From: Ramazzottius varieornatus
Taxonomy: Eukaryota > Animalia > Tardigrada
NCBI GenBank assembly: GCA_001949185.1
Contig: BDGG01000014.1
Span: 589,378-653,377 of the forward strand
Direction of reading: 5' to 3'
DNA: 64,000 nt
Position numbers and translations under genes: made by a program. The notes under the pieces are model-generated. The model was not told the DNA's origin. It saw nothing but the letters and a program-made list of their open reading frames with translations, and searched no databases. Of this stretch, positions 27,501 to 41,099 are shown in pieces (position 1 is the first letter of the stretch; the number at the start of each line of letters is the position of its first letter).

Positions 27501-29024
27501 CCAAGACATCCACCAGCAAAAAGCCTCCAAACTCCGCCAAGCATGAAAAGCTGGAAGATGACCACATCGATGGCGACGTTACACTCCGCGGTCCCGTCAA
27601 CAGTCCCACCGACTCGATATCCTCCGTTGAGTACGAGCCCTTACACACCCCCGTACCCGAGACCCGCGTCCCTAACGGCACAAAGAAATCCCAACAACCT
27701 ACGCCCTCTTTCACCAAGAAACTGACGGCGACGTCCACCAGCAATCAATCCTCACCATCGAAACCTCTTCCCTTCGCTCAACCCTGTGACGCTAACGGTC
27801 ATCCCGTCAAAGGCGCCGTTAATGCGCGCGGCTTCGAGCGACCTACGGAGAACCTGCCACCTGGTAGAAGACCGTTAGAACGAGTTAATTCACGACAGAG
27901 AGTTATAACGACCTATGAACAGCCAGCACCGTTGTACAAGACGACAAATACTGCTAGTTCCAATAGCCTGTCGAAGCAAGCGGAAGCAGCGGCGGCGAGT
28001 AGTAGTAGTCTGACGAGGGCGGTGTCCAATGGCAATTTGCAGAATGGCAGCACGGGTGGGAGGAAAGCAGTCAAGTTCGAAGATGAAGTGCCACCACCAC
28101 CACCGTCGACAGTACAGCCGGCAAAGAAGGGAGCGGGGTCGAAAGAGAAAACGGGTAACGGTGAAGGGGACGGTGGAGGTGTCCATACTTCGGGAGTGGT
28201 CAACTTCGCCAAGAGATTTTCCTTCGATGGCCGAGCAATACGTGATCGTCTTCCAGGAAACGTAAAACGCTCAAGTATGGTTATGAAACTCGAAAATTGG
28301 GGAAAACAAAATATTGGCAAAAAATTTAGTATTTTACGCTTGACTTCGGTCGTTATAGTCTTATAGATACGTAGCAAGGGTGTGTTATTAAGAGTCTGTG
28401 CCGAAAAGATTTTCTGCCACACCCATTTTCTACGAAGAACTTTCCCCAAAAGTCAGCAGTCTGTATGACAATGAAACGGTTCCTACCCCAAGACTAGACT
28501 GAAACCGCCACATTTACTTTGCAAGTTTACTAATCGCTGTTTTGGCAGATTCCTTAGCCAGAAGTCCAACTCCGGAACCAGGAAGGAAATTTCCCTCGAT
28601 GTCAGAGACTCGAAACGTAAGTTATTATGCTTTCTACGCACGCGGTGTGGCAAGTACCATCATGTTAACCTTGACCTTGTCAACCCACTAAGTCTGAAGA
28701 CTACAAAAGGCCGATAACGATGATGAATAATAATTTCAGGATAAGAAGACGCTGAAGGAGAGCTGGCGTGACACATTAGCCAAATCGGCCATGCCCGAGT
28801 TCTTCAAGCGCACTGGCAGCCAACGCGCAAAGGCCATTCATCACGCCGCATCCGTCACCTATTCATCCTCAACGACAACCACTGATCTTTCCAAGAACCG
28901 TCCGGCCTATTCGCTGAATTTTCAAAATTCACTCGACGACGGCACAAAATCCTCGACTGTGAACACTCGTCCAGCGGGCAACAGCAGCATTGTCTTACAC
29001 AATGGCAAAAGCTATGGTCGCTAG
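24558..29024 (+). CDS. MAPK15: Atypical MAP kinase MAPK15/ERK7-ERK8 with long low-complexity C-tail; multi-exon
   Basis: LGKGAYGIVWKA, VALKKIFDAF...DAQRTFRE, IRAENLNDLYLVFE, VIHRDLKPANILL, DFGLARS, TNYVATRWYRSPEILLGS, YTKGVDIWSLG are ERK7/8-type signatures. Confidence 0.92.
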
Positions 29025-30341
29025 TTAACGTCATGCACGGGTTCGCCCCCACGACTTCACTAGTGACCAATTTGATTTTCTTGAGCTGGTTTACTCAACA
29101 TATCAGATTCTGTCAAAAAACCCAAACGTGTTTTTTTTCCGGCAGGAAACGCAGGTCTCTTTCATTCATGTTTTATCTTTGCGTCCCTCTTTTGTGTGAT
29201 AATACTCTGATTAGAGTTGAAATATTCGAACCGGTACCCGTAACCGGTAAGATAACTTTTACTAAGTTATTGTTTGAAACTTTGCTTCTGTAAATCAATC
29301 AGCATATCATACCGTTCACCAAAATATAATTATCAATATCCGTAAAACACTGCATTTATCGTCAATGCGGAGGACATGCCAGTCTTGATCATGTTTCCTA
29401 AAAGAAACATTACAAAATGATTAATCAGGGTACTCCATAGTAACACGTACAGTACGCGTTACAGTAAGAGTTCGCTTCCAAAGTTAGCATTAACTCGAGT
29501 GCATCGCGATGATGTAAAAGGTTGGAACAGAGTACTGCGCTGGACTTCCTGGTGTCTTCCGGGCAGCATTTCCAGTCCCAATGCAGCCACCTGGTGATGT
29601 TTGCCGACTGCTGCGGCTCCAGCTGTATCTTCCCACGAGCGGTGTCAGGTGATCCGCGCCAGCCTACGCAGTCTGCGGCCGAGCTTCCCCATGAAATGCA
29701 ACCGTCAGCCCCGGCACTCGACATAGACTTGCCAACAACCTTCCCATCATGGAGAAGTACTGCGCGCGTACCGGTGCCTGCTTCCGGGGGCCGACAATCT
29801 TCCTGCAGCAGCGCAGACGAACTTTCAGGCCAGACATGTGTCTCCTTGTTCGCCATCACCGAAGCCTATGTGAATAATATACCAGCACAATTTTCGGAAG
29901 CTGTTAAAGGTAAGATTGAACAGTGATTTGTGGCCTTGAAGAAAAGTCATGTAGCGAAATGGTATCGGAAGTTGAAACTAAGTGGGTCATCGGTAAATCA
30001 ATTTACGCAAATCTGTTTTCGCCCGTGGCGCACTCTCCTGGCCAATAACAATAGAAAGTTGCGCCATCTGTTGAGTGCAGCCTTATATGGGAATTGCGCT
30101 TCTGACTGATGCAAAGACTGAAGCTCAGCCTTTAACGTAGCTCTGATTCGATGAGGACAATCAATCAAAACACTGCTCAATCAAGTGGTCATCGTGATCG
30201 ATTATGGAATTTTGATTTGCGCTTTTGACGAAGTAGATCAGATTTAGATCCTGCCCGTAACCGTCCGCGGTGATCCTTTTCGTCATCTGGAATATTTTCC
30301 GTGGTGGCTAAAATGTATGGTCGTCGACAGATCTGAAAGAC

Positions 30342-33300
30342 ATGGTGCAGAACACGTTGCGCGGTCCGGACTGGAGGAAGATTCAAGTGTCACTGGAGAT
30401 CGCCGTCGAATTTGTGGAGTTTTTGAATATTGACCTCCAGGACAACGGGTAAGTGTGCTTCAGCTCCGTCCTGAGGCTGGAATTTAAGACAAAGCTTGCT
30501 TTACAGAGTTTACCAAATACGGACAAATTTGAAATGCGATGGAAGAGTGCCGCACTGCATCGAAGTGTCGTCTTGCCCACGTAAACGCCCGCATGATGAG
30601 GCTCCCTCAAATGGCAGCTTCAATTCCTCCTCCTTCGTCAAGCAAGAATTTCTGCCCACCGGGAACCTTTTCAGGGTCCGGCATCATCAACAGCATATCA
30701 AACTGCAAGATGTCCTGTTGTATAGAGTGTTCCTCTTGGTTGATCCACTCAATGCAAGTCGAGATGAAAAAATTCGAATTTTTTCAAGTTGCGCACTGCG
30801 CAGGTGTCTTGGTGCGCGAGTGATATCGTCACGTCATCTGTTTTGAACTCATGGTGATCGTGCATTGTTCGCACACTAAGCATCTGAGTGTGCAACCGCC
30901 TACCCCGATGATTCGCGCATCCTGACCATGGATGGAATATTGCGCGTCTCGTGTCGAATGGCGCAGTTTTACAGTAGTTTCATGGTCCCACTGCGCCACT
31001 TGCTTAGGCATAGCTCGGACTTGGCGAGTGGCGCAGTTGGCTGAGTAATCTTGGTTGGTTGGTGCGTCACGTTTTCTTCACGATGCTGTTCTCGTTCCAG
31101 ATTGAAGATTCGGTTACTAGAACGGAGTTCACCCTGTCATTGGATATTGTCCACGTAGAGAGAGATGGAGATGAGACCAGTCGGACATCAGTGGGCGAAA
31201 GAACGATGAAATTTTTCATCAAACAAGAAGGCCTGCATTTTCATCGACCGGTAGGGCGTTCTCTTTCCAGAGTAAGTTTCAGGTTTCAGCAAGAACCTCT
31301 CTTACCATTTTCAGGTGTTGTTCGGCTTCTGTTTCTTCTGTCAACTGTCCTTATCACTTCACGGGACCGTGATAGCCCTTCAAGAACCCTACCGCCGCTT
31401 CCAGTACGAGCTGCGTCCCACGGCATGGAAGCGCGAAGCTGCCCCGAAAGTGATCGATATCACGTCGACGTCCAGCATGAACCTGATCATCTTCGGCGCT
31501 CTCGATCCCTCAGAGCGTTCAGAGAACATTCACGAGCTGGTGGGGGCCAAGGCCAGGATGGTTTCCATGTGTAGGTTTCTCATTACCGCACTGGAAGCCC
31601 TTCAAGCAAAATACGTCGAGCTGCAACATTTGACCGAAGAAAACTACGCCCTCGATAGTAAGCTCACTTTGACATGTGCAATTAACGTAGAAAAATCTGC
31701 GAATCATAGCCGAGAATGTCGAGGAATATGTCATAGAAAAGTGCCAAGTTAAAACCAAGAGTCCATGCGAGTAAAAATAAGTCTTTTCAGCGAATGTTAG
31801 ACGTACGAAGTACCTTGTTTTCTATTTGACTAACAGCATGTTTTTTTTCCATAGATGCCAGTGTGGTCGACTGTCCTCTTCAGCTGACCATCTGCGCGTC
31901 CGAGATCGAAGCTTGTCTGGACCGAGAAACCCTCGTAGAGACCGGTCAGAAGTTGGTCACTCAAATGGCGGGCGAAGTCGTCCGGATATGGACCAACTTT
32001 GTCGAAGCCTTCTTGGGTTGCATCAATGTCTCCCAGTACCTGATGGAAGAGTTCCGCGAAGCGCAACTGCGCAGGCTGGGTGAAGGTGTCTTCCTGCTCG
32101 ATCATCACAAGTCGTACTTATTGGCCAAGAACGAGTCGGGAACCATCTTGTCGAGGCACGACAACGTTTGGGACCTTCTCAAACGATCGAGGTAAAACTT
32201 CTCTTGAACACGGCAAAAGAATGGGACGTCCGCAAGCAGACTCAGCGAATCGTTTTTCCAAGTGGCGCACATTCTCAGCCACCAGCGCTGCAAACGTGCG
32301 GCACTTGGAAGCTCGACAAGATCGGTTTTTCATAAGTGGCGCACGCTTTCAGCCTAACACTTCGGAAGCGTGCGCCACTTGGGCAGACAAATAATCTTGT
32401 CCACTGTCGAAATTCTTTGCGCATCTCTCAAGTATGTCTGGTTGAATTTTGATAGTTTATTTTCCCCAGGTATTATGCGGAGTTACCGCAGCTTCCGGTG
32501 GCATGTATCGAGACGGACGGCAAGCCCTGTGATATACCTGTGATATTCGAGGATCGATATTACAATATCGAAAGCGAGAAGAATGCAGCGGAAGGAAATG
32601 GTCCGGATGCCCAGCTAGCGGATCCCATCCTGAGAGATGGCTCCAGTTTGGCCAACGGCAACGGTGATCACTTCGGGGTGAAGGATACGGAGGTGGCGGA
32701 CATGCTGAACGGCATTATCGCATCCGACAAGGTATACACAGCAGTCGTCGGTTCCGTCTTAAAAATGCATCCATTAAGAACAAAAGCCATTTTTGTTTGA
32801 ATTTGAAAAAAGAAATGTCGGAATTACCGTAGAAAATGTCAGAGTGATTGCACACGTATCGTGCAAAGTTCAATAGAAATCAGGCATCAAATATCATTGC
32901 GTTTCGGTTCAGCTACCACGGTTTCTATTCCAAGTGATATTGCGGAAGAAAACCGCCGACTTTTTGCTTTGGCTTAGTTATTGATGGAATTGTTTCTGTT
33001 TAATGGCTCTTTTTCCCTTGAAGGATACTAGTGACACTGTCACATTGAAAAGTATCAAGAAACTGGATGAAGATGACGTCAACCCATCTCCGACGTCCTC
33101 CACCACACCTCGCACGTCCATCAGCAGTCTTTCGCTCAAAAACAACCACAACCTTGCCACTCCCTCCACACCGCCGGCCTCGTCTTCTTCCGCTGGCTGC
33201 AGCAATGAGCTGAGGGAGCACGATACCGAATGGATGACTAAGGAATGCTCACTGGCTGAGATGCTCAGAGGCGACCCGACCATGCCTCCATTAGCTCGTA

Positions 33301-34925
33301 GTCCTGCTCACAAAATGCAGACGCAGTTGGTCCACCAAGTGACCAATGAGGAAGCGGCCTTCCAGACTGCCAAGGAACAGTTCAAGGACCGGTGTTTCAA
33401 GGTCTTCAACGGGTTGCTCTTCAGTGATTACCCGCTGCCCAATGCGACGCATAGCTGCGCCAAACTTGGCTGCACGCGCGAGGTGAATAAACAAAGTTAC
33501 CTGTAGCTTCTTCTCAGTGGCGCACTCTTCTTGCCAATTTTAGTCACTACATGCGCTACTTGAAAGAACAATCGGACAGAATGTATGTTCAAGCGGCGCA
33601 CGCTTGTAGCCAGTAACAGTGAAAAAGTGCGCCACTTGGGAAAGCAGTGTTATCGAGTTCATTTGCCGAGATGCAAATGTAAAAATAATGTAATAGCATA
33701 ATGGAAATAGTTTGGTAGAAAACTCTGATTGAGACTTTGACGTTTTGGCAGATTAGCAAGTCGCACCTGATAGTGTGCGTTCACGGTCTGGAAGGTACGC
33801 AAGAAGACATGAAGTTGGTGCGAACCTACCTGGAACGCGCCCTGCCCATGCACACGCTCGAGTTCCTGATGAGCCACAGTATTCACGGTAATATGACCTA
33901 TCGCAACATGCAACACTTGACCGAGACTCTGGTCTGCGAGATCCTGGACTACCTAGCCGCCAGCGACAAACTACCCGACAAGATCAGCTTCATCGGCCAC
34001 TCGCTCGGCGCCCTCCTCGTCCGCGCTGCCATCGCCCATCCTGCCATGGAACCCTACTTGAAGTGTCTGCATACCTTCCTGTCATTGAGCGGCCCGCATT
34101 TTGGGTTAATAAATAACCCTAGCAAAATCGTCACCACTGGTAAATTCTAAATTTTCCAACACAGAAAGCTCTTTTCCGTTTTCTCACGCACCTAGATACT
34201 GCTGCACCAAACGTTATGCATGGGTCACTGTATGCAGGCTCCTGAAACGTGCTAATTCTTTGCTTTTTGGAATATCTAATGGACTTGCATACTCGCGTAT
34301 TGTACCGTTAGCCGGATTTGCTGTAGGCAAGTGGCGAAATGTTCTTGTTGCTTCTTTCGCAAAATCTTTCATGGTCCTGCATACCATCCAGCGTTACGTG
34401 AGTGCGGGATAGTGTTGCAGGTGCGTGAATAGTATGAAATTGCCTCCCTAAGTTTGAAATTGCTTGGTTGTGTTGTGCGTAGGTTTATGGTTCTTTCTGA
34501 AATGGAGGAAAGCCGAGTCGCTGACGCAACTAGCCCTTCGTGACGACGCCGACATGCGGCAGTCCTTCATCTACAAGCTCAGCCAGCGCGATATGATGAA
34601 GTACTTTCAGTACATTCTCCTCGTGTCCAGCGCTCAGGACCACTACGCCCCTTACTACTCCGCCCGACTGGAGCCCGTTCCTAGCACCAGTCGTCTCGAC
34701 ACGAAGGACAGCACCGTTACGCTGCAGAACGAGATGGCGCTCAACATCCTCCGCCCCTTGTGCGAGAACCACCAGACGAAAGTGATACGGTACGATATCC
34801 GTGTACCGACGGAAGGTACCAGTATGCCGGATAACATTACCGGCAGATTAGCCCACATTGCCGTCATTGACTCGGAGATTTTTCTGGAGAAATTCATGAC
34901 GGTGAATTTACAGTATTTTGTATGA
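30342..34925 (+). CDS. FAM135: FAM135 family protein (C-terminal DUF676 serine-hydrolase-like domain); multi-exon
   Basis: N-terminus LEIAVEFVEFLNIDLQDNGVYQIR; LRRLGEGVF; HLIVCVHGLEG; ISFIGHSLG nucleophile elbow; FLSLSGPHFG; GLWFFLKWRK; QDHYAPYYSAR; GRLAHIAVIDSEIFLEKF. Confidence 0.92.
32260..32380. repeat. Tandem pair of AAGTGGCGCA-N27-TGCGCCACTT units (FAM135 intron)
   Basis: Units at 32260-32306 and 32334-32380. Confidence 0.8.
33515..33637. repeat. Tandem pair of AAGTGGCGCA-N27-TGCGCCACTT units (FAM135 intron)
   Basis: Units at 33515-33561 and 33591-33637. Confidence 0.8.
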
Positions 34926-35650
34926 ATGTTACTTTGATAGTTTAAAATAAAACCACCTCCTTTCTTTTTCTTGTTTATCCTGGTTGAATTTCTCCCTCTG
35001 CAGGTAATACGTGCAGCTATGTTTTTGAACCCTGCTTTCACCTCTGGTTTTTCTCCTGGTTAGTTGTTTTCAGTGCAGATGCAGCTACAAGGTCTTTTTT
35101 AACGTTTTACTTGTATAATGTTCATCATCGTCTGTTTTTTACTATGCCTAACCCTTTCGGTGTTTTCTGTTAGTTTTGTCAGATCACGACTGCTTTTGGA
35201 ATGAAAACTGAAAGTTTATTGTCTCGCTCGTGCTCTCCGTTCCAGTCGTTTTGTGGTACCGCGTATCTGGCAGCGTGCTGACTGACTTGGTGAGTCAACA
35301 AGTAGCAAGAAGTGACAAGATGATGTAAAATGCTCAATATCAGGTGAAATTCGACTTGCGATTAAATTTCGTCTCGGCTATTGTTACCGAACCAATATCA
35401 TGTAATGTGTTTCGTGTCGTTTGAAGCGCCGCCAAAGTCATGGAAAGTATGATAGTCCCTTTGTAAGAACGTCATAACCTTTGTCCACCAAGCGATAAAG
35501 AGGTACCACTCCTTCGTTTTCAACCTTGGTGGTTCAACTTGTATAAAATGCTCGGCTATGACGGGTACTTCACTGCTAGCTAGAAACCCGGTCCATTTGT
35601 TGGTGAAACATCCAAAAGTTTGCTACTCTTCCTTCTTCTTAGCAATCAAG

Positions 35651-37141
35651 ATGAACACCGCGTCGGCCGTGATTGTGGTGTTGGTCGCAGCCATCGGTCA
35701 AGTGCGAGGTAAGCAACTCAAACTCAGCAAATTCTCGTCAGACAATCTCATCTTTTTTTTAATGGCGTCCCCGAAAACTCGACTCAATCTTGAAGGTTTT
35801 CCCTTTTTTAGCGTTATTGAAAACTATTTGCCGAAATTGATTGAAATAAACTATACTGGATTTTGTGTGTGGGGTCGTAGGGCAATGCGGGGGAACCTAC
35901 ACCAACCTCTACACTGACACCGTCTACCACTGGTCGCCCAACTATCCCTATAACTATCCCAACAATGCCCGCTGTGACATGATTTTTGAACACAACAGTA
36001 CCGGTGCCTATGGTTGGGAGTTCAACACGGTGGGGTACTTTAACATCGACGGCCCAGTTGGCAACATCTGCTACGACTACGTCCGAATCGTCGAGACCGT
36101 CAACGGTCGTGAGTCAGTGCTGGGAGTCTTCTGCGGAACCAACGGTCCTCGATACCTCCGCTCACAAACCAGCAAAGTGGTAAGTGGCACCGAAACTATC
36201 GCTGTCACGCATTGTAGAGTCTACAGACAGTAAAGGGGCTTTGAAAGTTGACCAGTAAATTGATTGATCGGGCTCCTCTTGACATTGTACTACCACCTTC
36301 ACATTAGCTACCCAGTGACTCCATGAATAGTTCCACCTTGAAACGTAGCGTATACTCTCCCTTTGCAGACTGTGCAGTTCAGATCAGACGGCAGCGGTCA
36401 AAGACAGGGATTCAACATCTCAGCCACACCATACGGTATACAGGATTGAGCAGACAGTCTGGACCGCTGGTCAAGTTTTAGGCTGTTCGCCATGTGTTTT
36501 TTGTAGGTTTGTGCGGTGGCCAGTTCAACTTGGCTGCCAGCAACAGCCTACGCTTCGTATCGCCCAACCACCCGCAGCTGTACCCCAACAACGCCCTTTG
36601 CACCTACACCATCACCGCTCCCCCTAACCGCAACATTTCTTTCATGGCTGAATACTTCAACTTGGAGCAAAGTCTCAACTGCAATTTTGATTACCTGCGC
36701 TTCAACGAAACAGTTCGAGGATGGGGTGTCGAAATGGGCAGGTTCTGCGGTACCAACGGACCTTACTGGCTAAAGTCATCCAGCAATCGCGTGGTAAGAC
36801 AATCGTTTCTCACAAGCTAAGCCCGTAAACAACACTGATAACAAAGCCAGATTTGATCAGTTGGCTTCTTGTTACAGACGGCAACTTTCCGCTCGGATGC
36901 TACCGGCCAGTCATACGGTTTCAAAGTCGTCGCTTACAGCGGTACGCCTCTTCCGCCGGCTTCGGCTTAAGAATACATAATGCCTGACGACTAACTGTTT
37001 CTTTCAGTTCTTGGACGAGCCAACGGAAGCTTGAGAGCTAAGGAACCGATAAGGCTCGAGTCGCGCGCACCGCAGTACAGAGCAATTGCTCAAAAAGTTC
37101 CTTCTACTTACCAGCATATTGCAGTGAAGCTGCGCAGCTGA
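35651..37141 (+). CDS. Secreted two-CUB-domain protein; multi-exon
   Basis: Signal peptide MNTASAVIVVLVAAIGQVRG; CGG..SPNYPYNYPNNARC..CYDYV..GVFCG..VQFRSDGSG..GF and a second CGG..SPNHPQLYPNNALC..CNFDYL..GRFCG..FRSD; TATAAA at ~35542. Confidence 0.88.
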
Positions 37142-37353
37142 ATTGTCATGAAATTATGAGCTTCATTGGTTTCCGGGTTAGATGCTCTTTTTAAAGCGTT
37201 TGTTCGATTTATTTCTTTGTACGACAGTATTCAGGATCTTGTTGCATTGGACGTAACAGCGTCACCCAATACACGCAGTACAACTACCGCCAGTAAATCT
37301 CCCACGACATACTGTAAAACCAATTTCAATTTTTCGGCGCACCTGTGCTCATA

Positions 37354-37899
37354 TGGGTATCTGCATACGAGAATGCGTCCAAAGGGCGTCGGATCAAATT
37401 GTTCAGGAAATGAGTTTTTGCGTTTTGCCCCCCCCCCCCCCATCAAGTTTTCGAAGTGCGTATCTAGCTTCACCAAACAGACATCCCTGAACCTGAATTC
37501 GGTGGCAAAAAGCTTATCCGCCCGATGGTGAAGAAGTTATGTACATATCGCTGAAAGCTTCGGAAGTGGCAGCCATGTGGCTGATCCGCTCATACACGCC
37601 CTGTAGCGTACTGCACATTTGTATTTAATCAATCAATCGGAAACAAGCTACTGTAAAGACAACTGCAGGTGCGTGTCTCCAGACATCGCACGCTGCTGAC
37701 GCCAAGACTGGCTGGGTCAAATCCCTGCATTTTCAGTTCGAACCCTCAAATTTTCGGACATTGGTACAATGTTTATTTTGGTAGAAAATGGTTGCAAATG
37801 CAACTCATGGTACAGTTTAATGATCAGAAGAACCTGATGTCACAAAACCCCGATTTGGAGGGAAAACACTTTGGACGCATTCTCGTGCGCAGATACCCA
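37354..37899. mobile_element. MITE-like element (~550 bp)
   Basis: ~31-bp inverted repeats TGGGTATCTGCATACGAGAATGCGTCCAAAG / CTTTGGACGCATTCTCGTGCGCAGATACCCA, each flanked by TA. Confidence 0.7.
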
Positions 37900-38623
37900 T
37901 ACGGCGTGCAAGCTTTTCAATCAGGAAACGTACTACTAGTGGTACGCAGACCTCGGATTTAGACAGCCATGACGTAAGATATTACCTCCCGAACGATACA
38001 TGCAGCTGCTCAAAAATCTATTCGCCACCTCCTTGTTCTGCTGAAATCTTTGTGGCTCCTTATCCAGAAAACCGATTCCCTTACACCAAGATACCTTCGA
38101 TGTGAAGGTCCTGGGTCTTTTAAGTGACGTCATGTTGGTCAGCAACAATCAACCAATCCACTCAACGAAAAATTTCGAGAGTTGAAACAGAGCTTAGTCG
38201 TTCGATCGAGGTTTCGTGCGTGGCGCTAGTTTCAGTCCACCGGGAACTTGTATAAGGGGACAAGCCGATTGTATTAGATACAGGCAGAGGAGCAACAACA
38301 GGATCAGTGCCGCGAAAACTCGTTAAGTAGAAAGGGTTTACTATAGCTCATGACTTCAAAAGGGCATCACACGACCTTAGACCGAAATAGAATTTATGTG
38401 GGCGCTTCGATGCCAGAGTGCAATGATACCCAATTGCCCACGCTTTGATCAGCGTAGAGCTAACAGTACAAATCAGCGTCTCGAATCCGACCCAAGCCTT
38501 GATTGATAATCTTGGCCACAATATTGCACAAAGACAGCAGCCGCACTAAAATCAAAGGAAGGCCAGTAAGCCAACCGATCCGACCCACACATTGGGTCCG
38601 ATTGGAGACGCTGACTTGCATTT

Positions 38624-38827
38624 TACACGTACGACGAGATAGTATGGGACAGTAAAAATTATGGGACAGGCCGAAAGGACGGCAAAATGGGAATTCAACC
38701 GTATACGGAGAAAAGAATCGAAAAGTGTATTAGTGTGAATTAGGCGCGTACGTTCTTCCGTACCGCTGTAGCGAAAAGGGCCTGTGCCATAATTTGTACT
38801 CTCCTATAATTTCTCATCGTACGTATA
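38624..38827. mobile_element. MITE-like element (~200 bp); partial copy of its right end at ~22965-23045
   Basis: ~45-bp imperfect inverted repeats (GTACGACGAGATAGTATGGGACAGTAAAAATTATGGGACAGGCC / GGCCTGTGCCATAATTTGTACTCTCCTATAATTTCTCATCGTAC). Confidence 0.7.
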
Positions 38828-39358
38828 CTATGAATTCCATTTCTTGCTCGTAGGTGGAAAGCGGATTTAGGGTCGGATCCAGATGCGTTAGGGAAATGAT
38901 CTTACCCTTTTCGACATTTATTAATATCTAAACGGTGGCTCTGTGTCCTCATCGTATGCTTTTTCCGGTAATTTCCGATCTCTTGGGGATCACAGAAACC
39001 TGGCACTGACGTGAGGATACCTTACAACGTGTTTACCAATGGGCGCCCTTTTACATCCGGGATATCTCAGGCATCACAGTGGAGGCAAAGCCGCTGACAT
39101 AAGCAGTGTTTATTTATTGTGATGAGCTTCACCTCGTCAAAGCTAGTCTTTGGGACTTCAAAATGGGCGGTTCGCCATCTAAACTGCCAATTGAAGCCAA
39201 AGTTGGTCGACCTCCGATTTCCGAGGGTTGATTTTGTTTTGCACTGTACCTATCACATTTGGAATTCGCCTGTTTGCTCGGTTGATCCCAGTTAACCTTG
39301 GATGGCTCGATATGTTCCACAGTTCTTATTGGACGAACAGCAGCAGTGGTGACTTGAG

Positions 39359-40417
39359 ATGAATTGGAATTTGTCCGAACTAGCAAACTCCGTGCAGTCT
39401 AATCAGACACAGCGGATCGACAGTCCACTCTGGTCATTCGATCCGTGCTTCACTCTTGGCGTGTCAGTTAGTGCACTGATGACAACCTGTTCCGTTTTGT
39501 ATCTGTTTCTCCGCGACCTGACCCTCATAACCCCTTTCACAGTCTCCCTTCTTAACCTGCTCGTAGCTAACCTCTTGTTGTGCCTCTTATTCTATCCGTT
39601 TTTTCTCATTGAACAACTCTACCTCACATGGCCGATCGGAAATTCGTCATGCACTCTGTACCAATACGGTGCGTGGGTCATTGCCGGGGCGTTATGCAAT
39701 ACGCACGCCTTGATCGCGCTGAACCGACTCTGGGCAGTATACTTCCCGGACTCGTACCGCCGCAAACACAAGAAGAAGCTCGCGTTCTGTGAGTGCCTGG
39801 GTATGTGGATCTACCTGCACGTCGGATGTCTACCGGGTATAATTTTGGACCACCTGTGGTATCGTCCTCCGGTGGAAATCAAAGGCTGTAACTTTGTCAC
39901 TGATGCTCCAGCAAGCTGGCTGTGGACAGTACAACTGGTCTACTTTGACTTTCCGATTCTGCTTGTTCTGGGTGTCTATCCGCTGGTGTGCTGGAAGGTC
40001 ATCAAACGCGTGGGGCTAGCTGTGAATCCGATAAATAATGGGCACTCCGGGGCACCAGCTCCCCATGTGTCAGGTTTGCCTGCAGGATTTAATGCCGCCC
40101 AAAGCTTCAACGAGCATCAGATTATTCGTCCGACGCACGGAACTTGCCTGAGCTGTAAACGGCGCGCAGCGGACCGAGGAGTTCCGGTCCTGACCGCGAT
40201 GAGCACGTTGTTACTTGTTGTATACTTCCCTGATCAGCTGGCCTATACTTTGCAAATGATGTTCGATGTTAACATGGACGATATAATACCTGTAGTCTCG
40301 AAGTTGTATCTGCTGAGCACGATTCTTGATCCGGTCATGCTCGTTCTGACAGTCAAAAGGGTGCGCCGAAAATTTCGACGTGTGTACTTTTGCGGCCCCT
40401 GGACTATACATTCTTGA
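39359..40417 (+). CDS. Intronless rhodopsin-like (class A) orphan GPCR
   Basis: 7 hydrophobic segments; LLNLLVAN, WPIG..SC, LIALNRLWAVYFP..Y, ECL2 Cys, YFP in TM6, LDPV in TM7. Confidence 0.9.
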   Translation: MNWNLSELANSVQSNQTQRIDSPLWSFDPCFTLGVSVSALMTTCSVLYLFLRDLTLITPFTVSLLNLLVANLLLCLLFYPFFLIEQLYLTWPIGNSSCTLYQYGAWVIAGALCNTHALIALNRLWAVYFPDSYRRKHKKKLAFCECLGMWIYLHVGCLPGIILDHLWYRPPVEIKGCNFVTDAPASWLWTVQLVYFDFPILLVLGVYPLVCWKVIKRVGLAVNPINNGHSGAPAPHVSGLPAGFNAAQSFNEHQIIRPTHGTCLSCKRRAADRGVPVLTAMSTLLLVVYFPDQLAYTLQMMFDVNMDDIIPVVSKLYLLSTILDPVMLVLTVKRVRRKFRRVYFCGPWTIHS

Positions 40418-40831
40418 TTCAGTGTATTGCGTTCGCCAGTTTATCTACGCGTAAATTAAAAGGTTAACACTATTGCTTTTCAGCAGAGAACAAAGAGATT
40501 GCATTTGGTTTGGGAGGTCAGGAAATTATACGGTTAAACGAAAATCGACAATAACTCGATTGGCGACGACAACGGCCTCACGTGCGGTGTCCAGATATAT
40601 CACCAATTCTTCGTACTCTGTTTTTTTGGTTTGGTTTAATATTAGATGCGGAAGTATGACTTGTCCCCCTTAACGTACCTTGAATTCGAAAATTTATAGT
40701 TCTGCTCCCCCTCGTCCTTTCGTCCTAAACACTTTCTCGTGTCAGCCTACCAACTCCCATCCCTTGTTTGACACTCCATTGGTTTAGATTTGTTAACTCT
40801 GGAGTACGCCAGGAATTATTTCGATGGAGAC

Positions 40832-41099
40832 ATGCATAAGTTAAATTTCGGGGATTTTGGTGTTTGAGTTTTATCGAGGCACGAACGCATGTCGCACTGC
40901 TGACAAAATCCGACCCGAGTTTGACGATGAAACACCTAACAGTTTTACCGTGGGGGATCGGGTGGTTCAGTCTCGTTCTGGAAATTATTCACTCGAAAGT
41001 TATCTTCACGGAAGACTGAAATCGAAAGTGGACTACAGTGTGTTGACCGATCATGTCACACCCGATCCTTCCCAAAAGTCTCCTAGTAAATTTAAATAA
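40832..41099 (+). pseudogene. Degenerate mariner transposase N-terminal (HTH) relic
   Basis: FEFYRGTNACRTA..I...F....SRSGNYSLE...GR resembles the YEFRRGTNAAQTARNI N-terminus of the mariner at 47.9 kb. Confidence 0.65.

Noticed and set aside
9868-33637. CRISPR or bacterial REP interpretation of the palindromic repeats
   Set aside because: Eukaryotic intronic context, only pairs of units, no cas genes.
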